From Blastocystis sp. Blastoise (lineage: Eukaryota > Protista > Bigyra: Opalinata), in assembly GCA_039096225.1 (NCBI GenBank), contig JBBPEB010000008.1, forward strand, positions 1-64,000: a stretch of 64,000 nucleotides of DNA. The letters are read 5' to 3'. Positions 1-13,583 of the stretch are shown here, one piece after another. The first letter of the stretch is position 1; the number at the start of each line of letters is the position of its first letter. The notes beneath the pieces are model-generated. The model saw only the letters and a program-made list of their open reading frames with translations, searched no databases and was not told the DNA's origin. The translations under genes were made by a program, and so were the position numbers.

Positions 1-1760
1 TCTCCTCCTGAAGCTTCTTATCGTTTGAATTGTTTTGAAATTACTTATAATTCTGTTTCTATTAATAGATTACCTATTCATTTACCTGATGATCCATATA
101 TATTATTTCGAGAAGGACATGAAGTAGAAGCATTAAGGAATAGTTTAGAGAAAGGTACTAAATTAACAAAATACTTTGATTTAGAGAAAGAAGTTCAGAA
201 TCAAAGAAAGATATATACTTATTATTATATAGAGAAGAAGCATGGTATTCGTAATATGAATAATGTAGAAGAAGAAAGAGAATTGATTCAAGTTCGTTTA
301 GAAGAGATAAATAGAATAAATAGTTATGAAGTAGATGATGATAATATATCCGAAGAATTATTGAAAATATTAGATGAGAAATATCCTATTTATGCTTATC
401 ATGAAATACCAAAATATTATGTATGGAAATCGAATACAAATACTTGGAATAGACGTCAGAGAGATATAAAAGCTTTAGGAAGAATGTATTATGTGAATCC
501 AAAAGATAAGGAACGATATGCTTTGAGATTATTATTATTGAATACGAAAGGAGCTGATAGCTTTGATTCTTTGAAGATAGTAAAAGGATTGAATAGTAAT
601 GAACCTTATAGAACCTTTAGTGAAGCAGCTATAGCAAGAGGATTATTGAATAATGAGAGAGAAGTATTTGATTCATTTTCAGAAGCTATTGTTTTTGCTA
701 CTCCATGTCAATTGAGACAATTATTTATTACTTATATTTCAGAATCATTATTAACAAATGTGAAAGAGTTTTGGATTCGATTTAAATCATTTCTTAGTGA
801 GGATTATAAACATTCAATGCATAATAATGAAATAGATTATATAAATACTCCTTTAGCTCAAGATTTAGATTCATCAAGTGTTATAGAAGATGATACTAAT
901 AGTGTTCTTCAAGATTATGAAATACGTACTTTACAAGATATAAAAGAGATGATGATAAGTATAGGAGTGAATTATAATGATTTAGGATTACCTCAAGTAG
1001 AAGAACAACATCATTATAATGATTATAATTATAATCCTACATTAGAATTACAAGAAGCTAATAGAGTAATAGAATTATTAAATGAAGAACAAAGAAATGC
1101 ATTTGATAGAGTAATTCATTCAATAGAAAGTAGTAGAATAGAAGATAAGTTATGTTTCTTTATAGATGGTCCAGGTGGAAGTGGAAAGACTTTCTTATAT
1201 AATAGTTTATTAAGTTATTTACGTGGACATAATAAGAATGTATTACCTGTAGCTTCAACAGGAATTGCTTCTACTTTATTACCAGGTGGTAGAACAGCTC
1301 ATAAACAATTTGGTATTCCTTTGAATGTTGATCCTGATTCTACTTCAAATATAGATTTAGCTAGAGATAGAAGAAAAGTAGAAGAAATAAGAATAGCTGA
1401 TTTAATAATATGGGATGAAGCTCCTATGATGAAAGGTGATTGTTTTATGGTAGTACATAGATTATTATGTGATATAATGAATACAGAATTAGATATTCCT
1501 TTTGGTGGTAAAACAGTAGTATTAGGAGGAGATTTCAGACAATGTTTACCAGTTATAAGAAAAGGAACTCAAGCTCAGATTGTTAGTTCTTCTATAAAGT
1601 TTTGTTCCTTATGGAATTCTATCAAAAATAATGTCATTCATTTATCAAGAAATATGAGAGCTTTAGAAGGAGCAGATGATTTTAGACAATGGTTATTACA
1701 AGTAGGAGATGGTGTTCTTTCTAATAATTATACTATTAGTCATCATTTAGATATAGATTA
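1..1760 (+). pseudogene. Helitron RepHel, central fragment (Pif1 helicase motifs I-IV), truncated by nested insertion
   Basis: GPGGSGKT Walker A, IIWDEAPM, GGDFRQCLPV. Translation identical to the intact RepHel up to ...HLDIDY; the stop TAG comes from the inserted element's CTAG. Confidence 0.95.
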
Positions 1761-1976
1761 CTAGGGTCACGCCGCAGGTCCGGGGCCTAACGGCACCGGA
1801 CCGCGGCTGCAATGAATAATAACTGTTTGGTTTTTATTTACTTTCTTTCCTTTTTATCTATTATATATTATATATTATATATTATATAATATATATTATT
1901 TATTAAATATTATCTATAATATGTTACTTATTATATATTATATATTATATATTATATATATTATTTTAATAACACT

Positions 1977-2044
1977 TCTTATACTCTATATGGAGAGTAG
2001 CAATCATTTATTGATTGTAATCAGGTTCAATTCCTGATATAAGA
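1977..2044 (+). ncRNA. tRNA-like cloverleaf (diverged copy), antisense to its Helitron
   Basis: TCTTATA-CTCT atatgg AGAG-ta-GCAATC atttatt GATTGT-aa-TCAGG ttcaatt CCTGA-TATAAGA. Confidence 0.7.
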
Positions 2045-3529
2045 ACTAAATAGATTATTTGAATAGTATCTGAAAAACTAAAAACAATACTTGAAGAAAA
2101 TAAGAAATCCTTTTTGAATCATTATATTTGTTATTTATTATTTTAAAAATATATTTTGTATTTATAAATAGTTAAATTACTGTTTTAATTATTATGGAGT
2201 TTCTAAAGGTAATAAATTTAGAAATGGGTCATAATGTTAAGTATTGAAAAATATTTTTATGTTGTAAAATCATTTTAAATAGATTATAATAAAATAGCAT
2301 AAACTTATTTTAATCATTTCATAAAAATAAAACAAATCTAACACAACAAAGTCAACATTCATTTTGACTTTAACGACTTAAACACAAAGTTTTTGAATTA
2401 ATATTAATAAATTCAATCTAAATAGCATTTCTAAACACAAAAGTGTCAACAATATTACTTTTAGAGAGACTTTACCATTTCGATATCAAGTGTATCAAAA
2501 TAGTTTTAGACATAACTTCCACATAGTATAGATCTCATTATTTTATTTATTAATTCAAGTTTAATGTCTTGAATCTCTGACTTCAAGATCATTTTTAACA
2601 CATTTTGAAAGGTTGACACACTTATAATTAATTTTAAAAGCTAATATTATAACACTATACTCATCATAACTCTATCAACATAAGAGTCACCATTTTGACA
2701 CTCTTTATAAACATTTTACATTTGGTCATACACTTTGTCAAGTGTATTTTTGTCCTTTCTTTTGATATAATTTAGAATATAATTCATAGTTTGATAAATA
2801 AAATATTTTATATTGAATCTCATCCTTTGGATAATTCATTTCTACATTTAAAAATATTAATCCCTTTAAACTTGTTTTTAAAAGTCAAAATTTTCATAGT
2901 CTAATGAAAACACAATTTTAAAAGAATATACTAACTCTTTAAAATTTCTAGACAACTCAAACACATTGTTAATTCACTTTTCAAAAATGAAATTCTCTTA
3001 TTTTTTAATATGTTGTAGAATTTAGCTTATTATATATTAAACTTCTATTAGAATTTCGAATCTCCTATTTTAAGATAATATTTTTTATTTTACAACCTTA
3101 AAGTTACTTTTATGAGTTAATACGTTCACAAAATTATGTAAATATAAATGCTAGTAAACAGAGAAACTCAAAACTTAAATATCTCAATTATTGACAGTTT
3201 TAAATCAGTAATACTATACAGTGTTAAAAGTGACAATAAATGTTTTAAAATTTAATTCAAATATTTAAAAACTTGACACTATTTAACATACTAAGTATTT
3301 CAAGAATTATCTTAATAGTCGACACAATTTAAATAAAAAAAAAAGAAAAAGAACAAAACAAAAATAGCAAAAGAAAACATTTAAATATAGAATAGCTAAA
3401 ACGATAACAACAGCATAAATAAATAAATAATATAAAGAAAGCAGATAATAGAAAGCTATTAAATGTGAAAAATAATAATAATAATAAACAAAAGAAAAAG
3501 AAAAAGAACTAAAAAAAAAAAAATCTAAA

Positions 3530-4779
3530 CATAACCATAACACTAAGAGAACCTATATAGATAAAAGATATATATATATAATAAGAGATAGTATAATAAA
3601 TATATCTAACATATATATATTAAAAGAAATATTATAAATATTTGTTATATATATATATATATACCTTTAGATACATTTTTATTATTAAAATGAAAGCTAA
3701 CATTAGGGTGATAAGATCCCCTATTAGAAAAGACACCTATATATAATATAATAAATGATAAAATATATATAAACAATAAATATATATATATACCTTCTAA
3801 AGAAGGAACAGAGGAATCACCATGATATCTTAACTGACTTGAAGAACCTATATATAATGAAAAGATAATTAATAAATCAAAAAAAAAAAGAAAGGAAGAA
3901 ATAAGAATATACCTGTATCATTATTACTATTAATCCAAGACTCCATAAGAAAAGAACGACCTATATAAGATAAAAATAATAATAAACTAAATTAAATTTA
4001 AAAAGTAGACATACCTTCATCATTAATACGTTCAGCAACTACAACCACAACAGTAGAATAACCTATAAAGAAACAGTAATAGACAAATAATAAATAAAAA
4101 AAAAAATAATAATAAATGAATGACAATATATATATACCTTTAATATCATATGAGCAGTCTACCTGATCACCAACAACATCCATAGCAACATTTACATCAA
4201 TAAAACAAATCTATATATATAAAAGTAAAAAAAAAAAAATAAATGAATGACAACATACCTTCAACACCACACAGACATCTATTATCAACATCACTGTTAA
4301 CATGTACAACAACTGAAGAACCTATATATATATAGAAATAATAAAAAAATAATAATAAAATATAAAAAAAAAAATAAATGATTGGTAACATACCATCTAT
4401 AAAGCAAGAAGAACCTACATCAACACCGATATCACTATTGGAATCACTTACAATAACAGAAGAACCTATAAATAAAGAAAAGTTAAAAAAATAAAAACAA
4501 ATCATTGACAACATACCTTCACAGTTAGCATAACAGGCAACACCACCACCACTGCATAATTCAAATAGCATAGAAGAACCTAAAATAATATAATAAATAA
4601 TTAAAAAAAAAAGAAATGGAAAAATATATACCTTAAAGACCATCATAGCAAGTACCACCAAGACCAAGAGCATACACAACTGGATTTTATTGAGTAGAAG
4701 AACCTGATTTTCTTTGAAATATAAATTATTTTTTATTTCCAGGCCTCCTCCTGGATGACATTTTGTTGTTTTCAGACAT
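3530..4779 (-). pseudogene. Diverged, decayed micro-exon cassette in the non-autonomous core
   Basis: MSENNKMSSRRRPGNKK*FIFQRKSGSSTQ*... is collinear with MPRKGRMSSRRRSLNQKKYVSQRRSSSSTQQ. Repeated ag|GTTCTTC...G|gtat exons, three in-frame TAA and one 3n+1 exon. Confidence 0.8.
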
Positions 4780-5567
4780 CTTATTTAATAATATAATATA
4801 CAATTAAGTATTTGAATATGTATTTAAGAATCCTATTTCATTTGTATTAATAAATATAATAGGGTCTATTTTCAAAATATGCTTCTTTAAACATAATAGA
4901 AATAAAAAAAAACCTTAATTTTTTATTGATTTTGTTACTAAAGTAATAATTGGGTCATTCTTATTTAAAATCATTTTGGGTACCCAAAAAACATAGTTCT
5001 TTACTCTTTTTTTAAATATTTAATTATATTGATTGACTGAGTATGTTTTATTTATTTATTTGATATTGTTTAGTTATTATTTTTATATATATTTGTATGT
5101 ATATATTTATTTATTTAAAATAATACACTTTTCTATAGGATTCTTTTGTATTTTCCTTGGTTGTGGTGTTGAAGTGTTCTTGAAGTGGTCTTGGCTGTGT
5201 AAAATGGTTTATTTATGATCAGGTATATAAATATATTATTTATTTCTTAAGATCTGTTTTTCTTTTTGTTAATTCGTTTTTATTATTTATTATTTTTATT
5301 ATCAATATTATTTATTTAGTCTTTACATATAATTTATTCTATATATTATTAATAATTTTTATTCTATAGGAAAGAAACTTTAATGGATGTGTTGTGGTCT
5401 TCGTTGCTAAATATTTTCCTTCTTTAATCTGTCGTTCAAGGTTATTTTAAAGGTATATATTTATATTTTATTTATTATTTTTATTATTTATTGTTTACTT
5501 TTTTTTTATTATTTATTTATTTATTTATTATTTATTTATTCATTTTTTTTATATGTTTATTTATTTA

Positions 5568-5615
<48 letters not shown>

Positions 5616-6160
5616 TGTTTATTATTTATTTATTTATTTATTTATTTATTATGTTTATTTATTGTATATAGGTTTAATATTCTTCTTAGTTTTTTTTTTC
5701 TTCTTTCTATCTTCGTTCTTCTTCCTTCTTACTTCTTCCTTCTTCCTCATCTTTCCTACTTACTTCTTCTTCCTTCCTTCTTCTTCCTTCTTCCTTCTTC
5801 CTATTTCCTTCTTCATTCCTTCTTCCTTCTTCCTATTTCCTTCTCCATTCATGCTTCCTTCTTCCTATTTCATTCTTCATTCATGCTTCCTACTTCCTAC
5901 TTCCTTCTTCCTTCTTCCTCATCTTTGATTCTTCTTACTTACTTCTTCTTCATTCTGGATTCTTCCTTCTTCCTCATCCTTCCTTATTCTTACTTCTTCT
6001 TACTTCCTTCTTTCTCATCCTTCTTCCTCATCCTTCCTTATTCTTACTTCTTCTTCCTAATCCTTCCTACTTCCTTCTTCCTCATCCTTCCACTTCATTT
6101 CCTTCTTATTATATATATATAAATATATATATTTGATTATTATTATTATTTATAAACTCC

Positions 6161-6227
6161 CTTTATGCTCTAGAAGGAGAGAAACAATCATTATAGATTG
6201 TTTTCAGGTTCAATTCCTGACATGAAG
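6161..6227 (+). ncRNA. tRNA-like cloverleaf, antisense to its Helitron
   Basis: CTTTATG-CTCT agaagg AGAG-aa-ACAATC attata GATTGT-tt-TCAGG ttcaatt CCTGA-CATGAAG. T-arm contains the B-box GGTTCAATTCC. Confidence 0.7.
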
Positions 6228-8163
6228 TCTTATTTTTCTTTTTCTTTAATATTTTTTACATATTATATATATATATATATTTTCTCTTTTTTTAAACTTA
6301 TTTTTATCTCTTTTAGATTATACCTTTTAAATTTTGACATTATATACATATATCTAACTGTTTATAGTTTTTTTAGACTTCCTCTTCTCAACAACAGTCA
6401 CAATGAGAACAAATCCATTTTAACTCAAACAACTAAGTCATCTCAAAACTGCTTGAATCAATTAATATAGACGTCTATGACATAATTTATCAATTTAAAC
6501 TGATTTTCAACTCTCAAAAGTAAGCAAACCAAACACACATGTTGACTTTAAAACGTTAAACTCAGTATTAAAAGATAGTTTTTATAGAGTGGACATAAAA
6601 CATTGATTTAAACAAAAAGGAATGGAAACAATCAACTCTTGATACAACTTTACCATTTGACAAAACACTCATCCACAATATTTTCCAAAGTTCTTTTAGT
6701 AAAGTGTTTATATAGACATATTATGTATAAAATGAAAGTCAACTTCTTGAATCTCTTTGTTTAAGATAGTCTTTAAAACAGTTTGACAAATTGACAACCT
6801 TTAACTTGCAATTTAAAGCTAATATTTAAAGAATAGACTTGATTCAGACATGTAAACACAACTGTCATCACCATAACACTTTTAAAGACACTTTACCATT
6901 TGGTCATACACTTTGATCAAAATATTTTTGTCCCTTCTTTTGACATAATATAGACTGTGTGGTCTAGTTATATGAAAGTGAGGCGGAATTTTGAATCTCG
7001 TCCTCTAAGTCACTCATTTTTACATCTTTGAAAATTAAGACCCTTAGAGTTGATTTTTGAAGTTAATTTTTCTACAGTGTTCCAAAAACGCGATTTTGCA
7101 CAAACTGAAGTGAAAATATTTTTTCAATAACTCTCACAACCCTTTACACATCCACTCTTTAAAAATTATTTTCTTTGTACTTTTGATATGTTGTAGAGCT
7201 ACTACAGCTGTACACTAATTAATATCTCTAAATTTTTTATTCATAGTTTAAGACTATGTTTTATACATTCTTTTGAATTTGACAACCTTAAACTATTTAT
7301 TTAAAACTATTATTCATAGAATAGACTTAATACATGATTCTAAACACATATAGAAACCCTTTTACTATTTAAGACACATTTTGTCATTTGGTCAAACACT
7401 TTGATCTTCATAATTTTGACTCTCCTTTTAACATAGAATAGAGTAATATCTCAAGTTTACTAAATAAAAGTCATTGTATTGAATCTTGTCCTCTAAGACC
7501 ACTTAATTCACATTTTTCAAAATTGTCATACTTAAACTCATTATTTTAAGACTCTGTTTTAACTATAGTAGTTTGATGACCTATTGATTACAATGCTGTA
7601 ATATTAGTCCATTATAAGAAGATCGAAGAAAATATCGATCACTCAAAAATCGTCTTCAGGAGCTCAAAATCGCTACACCTAGGTTTTCTGACCTCCTGAA
7701 TCAGAATATGATGTCAAATTGACAATCTAAATTTGACCGTTAAGGCCTCACGTGTTCAATATGAAAAAGTATTAAAAAATAGATAAATATAAAGAATAAA
7801 CACGGATAACGTATATTGTGGGATTGAGAAAAAATCAAGTTTACCCCATGTTTATTTTCCAATTGTCTGGTCAACAATTTTTATCGGGGTCACCCCAAAG
7901 AGCCAATCAAAAACGACTCAAAAATCATGTTTTCTGTTCTTTTATTAATATCTTTTTAATTATAAATAATATCGCTTAACCAAATATACGGTGCACAACT
8001 ACACGTTATATCCTATTGAACTGTGTTTCAACCAAAAGTTAACTTCCCGTAAGTTTAGAGGAGTTGCGGCGACAAACTATAGTATATAGTAGCCAATCAA
8101 ATGCATTCTCCAAAAACTGACCAATGGGAATTTTTTTGCCTATTCTCATATATATAGTAATGA

Positions 8164-8550
8164 TAATACACTTTTTTATAGGATTCTCTTGTATTTGTCT
8201 TGGTTGTGGTGGTGAGTGGTTCTTAAAGTGGTCCTGGTTGTGTGAAATGGGTTACTTATTATCAGGTATATAAATATATTATTTATTTCTTAACATCTGT
8301 TTATTTTTTACTAATTACTTTTTGTTATTATTTAATTTTATTATCTATATTATTTATTTTGTCTTTTTATATCATCTATTAAATTGTTTTTAATTATTTT
8401 TATTCTATAGGAAAGAAAATGTTGTTGATGTGTTGTGGTCTTCGTTTTTTCATGTCGTTCTTCTTAGTCTGTGGTTTCAGATTATTCTATTAGGTATATA
8501 TTTATATTTTATTTATTGTTTTCATTTTTATTATTTATTATTTATGTTTT

Positions 8551-8581
<31 letters not shown>

Positions 8582-8785
8582 TTATATTTATTTATTTATT
8601 TATTATATTTATTTATTTATTTATTATATTTATTATATTTATATATATTTATTTATTATATTTATTTATTTATTTATTATATTTATTTATTTATTATATT
8701 TATTTATTTATTTATTTATTTATGTTTTTTATTTATTTATTATATTTATTATATTTATTATATTTATTATATTTATTTATTTATT

Positions 8786-8816
<31 letters not shown>

Positions 8817-9200
8817 TTTTATGTTATCTTTTTATATTTTTTCTATTTTATATAGGTTTAATAGTCTTCTTGTTCCTTTTTCTTCTTTCTTCCTTCTTTC
8901 TACTTCATTTTACTTCTTCCTTATCCTTCCTACTACCTTCTTCCTCATTCTTCATTCTTCATTCTTCATTCTTCATTCTTCCTTCCTACTTCCTACTTCC
9001 TCATCCGTCATTCTTCCTTCTTCCTTCTTCTTCCTTCTTCTTCCTACTTCCTCATCCTTCTTTCTTCATCCTACTTCTTCCTTCTTCCTTCTTCTTCCTT
9101 CATCCTTCTTCCTACTTCTTCCTTCTTCCTTCATCCTTCATCCTTCCTTCTTCTTTCTTCCTACTTCCTACTTCCACATTCTTCCTACTTCCTTCATTCC

Positions 9201-9238
<38 letters not shown>

Positions 9239-11266
9239 ATTATTATTATTACTCTTTAAACTCCCTTTATGCTCTGGAAGGAGAGAAGCAATCATTATAG
9301 ATTGTTTTCAGGTTCAATTCCTGACATGAAGTCTTATTTTTCTTTTTTTAAATATTTTATTTATATATTATTATATATATATATTCTCTTTTTTAAATTT
9401 ATTTTAATCCAGTTTAATTTATACTTTTCAATTTTGACCTTATATATATATATATCTAACTTTTTATAGTTTTTTTAGACTTACTCTTCTCAACAACAGT
9501 CACAATGAGAACAAATCCATTTATACTTAAACAGCCAAGTCATCTTAAAACTGATTATATCAATCAAAATACATGTGTTAAACTTGTTTTATTGATTTAA
9601 ACTCAATTTTAATAATTAAAAGTAAACAAACCAAACACACATGTTGACTTTAAAACTTTAAACTCAGTGTTAAATGGTTAGTTTTAAAGAGTAGACACAA
9701 AACATTGATTTATACTAAAAGGAATGAAAACAATCAACTCTTGATACAACTTTACCATTTGATAAAACACTCATCCACAATATTTTCCAAAGTTCTTTTA
9801 GTAAAGTGTTTATATAGACATATAATGTATAAAATGAAAGTCAACTTCTTGAATCTCTTATTTTAGGACAGTCTTTAAAACATTTTGACAAATAGACAAC
9901 CTTTAACTTGCTATTTAAAGCTAATATTTTAAGAGTAGACTTGATTTAAACCTATATACACAACTGTCATCATCATAACACTTTTAAAGACACTTTACCA
10001 TTTGCTCATACACTTTGATCAAAACATTTTCGTCCCTTCTTTTAATATAATATAGATCATACACTCTAGTTTAATGAATAAAAGCTCTTATTTTGAATCT
10101 CGTCCTCTAAGTCACTCATTTTTACATTTTTCAAAATTTAAGACCCTTAGAGTTGATATTTTGACTCAATTTTTCTACAATGCACGAAATTCACGATTTT
10201 ATATAAACTGAAGTGAAAATAAATTTTAAATAATAGTCACAACACCTCACACATCCACTCTCTAAAAATTATTTTCTTTGTACTTTTGATATGTTGTAGA
10301 GCTACTACAGCTGTATACTAATTAATATCTCTAAATTTTTTATTCACAGTTTAAGACTATGTTTTACACATTCTTTTAAATTTGACAACCTTAAACTATT
10401 TATTTAAAGCTATTATTCATAGAATAGACTTGATATAAGATTCTATACACATATATAAACCATTTTACTTTTTAAGACACATTTTGTCATTTGGTGATAC
10501 ACTTTGACCATCATAATTTTGACTCTCCTTTTAACATAGAATAGAGTATTATCTCTAGTTTACTAAACAAAAGTCATTATATTGAATCTTATCCTCTAAG
10601 ACCACTTAATTCACATTTTTCAAAATTGTGACACTCAAACTCATTATTTTAAGACCTTGTTTTAACTATAGTAGTTTGAGGACCTATTGATTACCATTAT
10701 ACAATATTAGTCCATTATAAGAAGATCGAAGAAAATATCGATCACTCAAAAATCGTCCTCAGGAACTCAAAATTGGTACACCTAGGTTTTTCGACCTCCT
10801 GAATCAGAATATCATGTCAAAATAAGAATCTAAATTTGACCGTTAAGGCCTCACGTGTTCAATATGAAAAAGTATTAAAAAATAGATAAATATAAAGAAT
10901 AAACACGGATAACGTATATTGTGGGATTGAGAAAAAATCAAGTTTACCCCATGTTTATTTTCCAATTGTCTGGTCAACAATTTTTATCGGGGTCACCCCA
11001 AAGAGCCAATCAAAAACGACTCAAAAATCATGTTTTCTGTTTTTTTATTAATAACTTTTTAATTATTAATAATATCGCTTAACCAAATATACGGTGCACA
11101 ACTACACGTTATATCGTATTGAACTGTGTTTCACTCAAAAGTTAACTCCCCGTAAGTTTAGAGGAGTTGCGGCGACAAACTATAGTATACATTAGCCAAT
11201 CAAATGGTTTTTCCAAAAACTGACCAATGGGAATTTTTTTGCCTATTCTCATATATATAGTAATGA
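8164..11266 (-). mobile_element. Captured Helitron 5' segment (3,103 bp), equivalent to 16538-19640
   Basis: Starts with the 5' terminus and is collinear with the intact element until an A|T site (19640/19641), where the next 5' TC begins. Direct repeat of 12416-15518. Confidence 0.9.
9265..9331 (+). ncRNA. tRNA-like cloverleaf, antisense to its Helitron
   Basis: Same fold as 6161-6227. Differences are in the D-loop and a G-U-compatible change at the anticodon-stem base. Confidence 0.7.
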
Positions 11267-11277
11267 TATCTATATAC

Positions 11278-12077
11278 CTTTAGCATTAGAAGGATGATCA
11301 CCATCAGATACAGTACCATGAACAGAAGACACTATCAGAACAGAAGGACCTATATATATTTATAAAATAAAAGTAAATCAAAAAGAAGAAAAAGAAAATA
11401 TATTATATATACCTTCTTTATGATTAAGATCAGCACCAACATTCATAGCAACAGAAGAACCTATAATAACATATAAATAGGAAATAAAAGAAATAATTAA
11501 AAATAAATAAATAAATAAATGATTACATACCTTGAAGACCATGAGAAGAGTTAGCATCACCATCAGTAGCATCAGCAACAACATCATCATGAGTATAAGA
11601 ACCTATAGATAAATAAAAATAAAAAAAAAAATAAAATAAATGATTGACAACATACCTTCAAGACCATTAGTGGAGTGTATATCATCATCAATAGCTCCAG
11701 CAACAGAGTCCACAACAACAGAAGAACCTATAGATAAATAAAAATATAAAAATAAAAACAAATGATTGACAACATACCTTCAAGACCACTTGAAAACATT
11801 ATACCATCATCAGTAAAGGACACCAAGGACAGAGAAGAGTCTAAGATAATATAAAATAATAAAACAAAAAGAAATGTATAAATATATACCTTCAAGACCA
11901 TATTGATAAGCACCATCACCATCAATGACATCCATACTTGCATCCTGTTGAGTAGAAGAACCTATATATGAATAATAAAAAAAAATAAATACAATACATA
12001 CTGGACCGTCTTTGAGAAACGTATTTTTTTTGATTCAAGGACCTCCGCCTTGATGACATTCTGCCTTTTCTAGGCAT
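11278..12077 (-). pseudogene. Truncated copy of RepHel micro-exon cassette (exons 1-7)
   Basis: Reverse complement of 19979-20777; cut within intron 7 by the next 5' terminus. Confidence 0.85.
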
Positions 12078-12802
12078 CTTATTTAATAATTTAATAAAAA
12101 TAAGTATTTTTATGTAGAAAACAAAAACATATTCATATTTGAACTTTTGTAAAATAGGGACAATATTTAAAATATGCATATTTAAAAATTAATAGGAATC
12201 ATAAATAACCTCGAATTTTTATTATTATCTTATGCTAAGCTGATAATAGGGACATTTTTTATTAAAAACATTTTGGGTACCCAAAAACTATAGTTTTTTA
12301 CATTTTTTAAATATTTGTTTGTATTGATTGTCTGGGTATGTTTTATTAATTAATTTGATGTTATTTAGTTATTATTTTTATATTTATTTGTATATATTAA
12401 TTTATTTATTTATAATAATACACTTTTTTATAGGATTCTCTTGTATTTGTCTTGGTTGTGGTGGTGAGTGGTTCTTAAAGTGGTCCTGGTTGTGTGAAAT
12501 GGGTTACTTATTATCAGGTATATAAATATATTATTTATTTCTTAACATCTGTTTATTTTTTACTAATTACTTTTTGTTATTATTTAATTTTATTATCTAT
12601 ATTATTTATTTTGTCTTTTTATATCATCTATTAAATTGTTTTTAATTATTTTTATTCTATAGGAAAGAAAATGTTGTTGATGTGTTGTGGTCTTCGTTTT
12701 TTCATGTCGTTCTTCTTAGTCTGTGGTTTCAGATTATTCTATTAGGTATATATTTATATTTTATTTATTGTTTTCATTTTTATTATTTATTATTTATGTT
12801 TT

Positions 12803-12833
<31 letters not shown>

Positions 12834-13037
12834 TTATATTTATTTATTTATTTATTATATTTATTTATTTATTTATTATATTTATTATATTTATATATAT
12901 TTATTTATTATATTTATTTATTTATTTATTATATTTATTTATTTATTATATTTATTTATTTATTTATTTATTTATGTTTTTTATTTATTTATTATATTTA
13001 TTATATTTATTATATTTATTATATTTATTTATTTATT

Positions 13038-13068
<31 letters not shown>

Positions 13069-13452
13069 TTTTATGTTATCTTTTTATATTTTTTCTATTG
13101 TATATAGGTTTAATAGTCTTCTTGTTCCTTTTTCTTCTTTCTTCCTTCTTTCTACTTCATTTTACTTCTTCCTTATCCTTCCTACTACCTTCTTCCTCAT
13201 TCTTCATTCTTCATTCTTCATTCTTCATTCTTCCTTCCTACTTCCTACTTCCTCATCCGTCATTCTTCCTTCTTCCTTCTTCTTCCTTCTTCTTCCTACT
13301 TCCTCATCCTTCTTTCTTCATCCTACTTCTTCCTTCTTCCTTCTTCTTCCTTCATCCTTCTTCCTACTTCTTCCTTCTTCCTTCATCCTTCATCCTTCCT
13401 TCTTCTTTCTTCCTACTTCCTACTTCCACATTCTTCCTACTTCCTTCATTCC

Positions 13453-13490
<38 letters not shown>

Positions 13491-13516
13491 ATTATTATTA
13501 TTACTCTTTAAACTCC

Positions 13517-13583
13517 CTTTATGCTCTGGAAGGAGAGAAGCAATCATTATAGATTGTTTTCAGGTTCAATTCCTGACATGAAG
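13517..13583 (+). ncRNA. tRNA-like cloverleaf, antisense to its Helitron
   Basis: Identical to 9265-9331. Confidence 0.7.

Larger units (their letters stand above)
1761..8163 (-). mobile_element. Core non-autonomous Helitron (6,403 bp), diverged subfamily lacking RepHel
   Basis: Own 5' TC terminus at 8163 and variant 3' hairpin 1771-1807 + CTAG. Internal modules are homologous to, but diverged from, 16538-21400. Confidence 0.88.

Noticed and set aside
4630-4730. Stop-codon reassignment suggested by in-frame TAA here and TAG at 29821 and 31948
   Set aside because: Several 1,000-2,500 aa ORFs have no internal TAA/TAG and conserved genes end in TAA. Decay or splice acceptors explain these cases.
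6161-6227. Calling the cloverleafs canonical tRNA genes
   Set aside because: No N8-N9 linker, 6-nt anticodon loop in four of five copies and no clear A-box; reported as tRNA-like instead.
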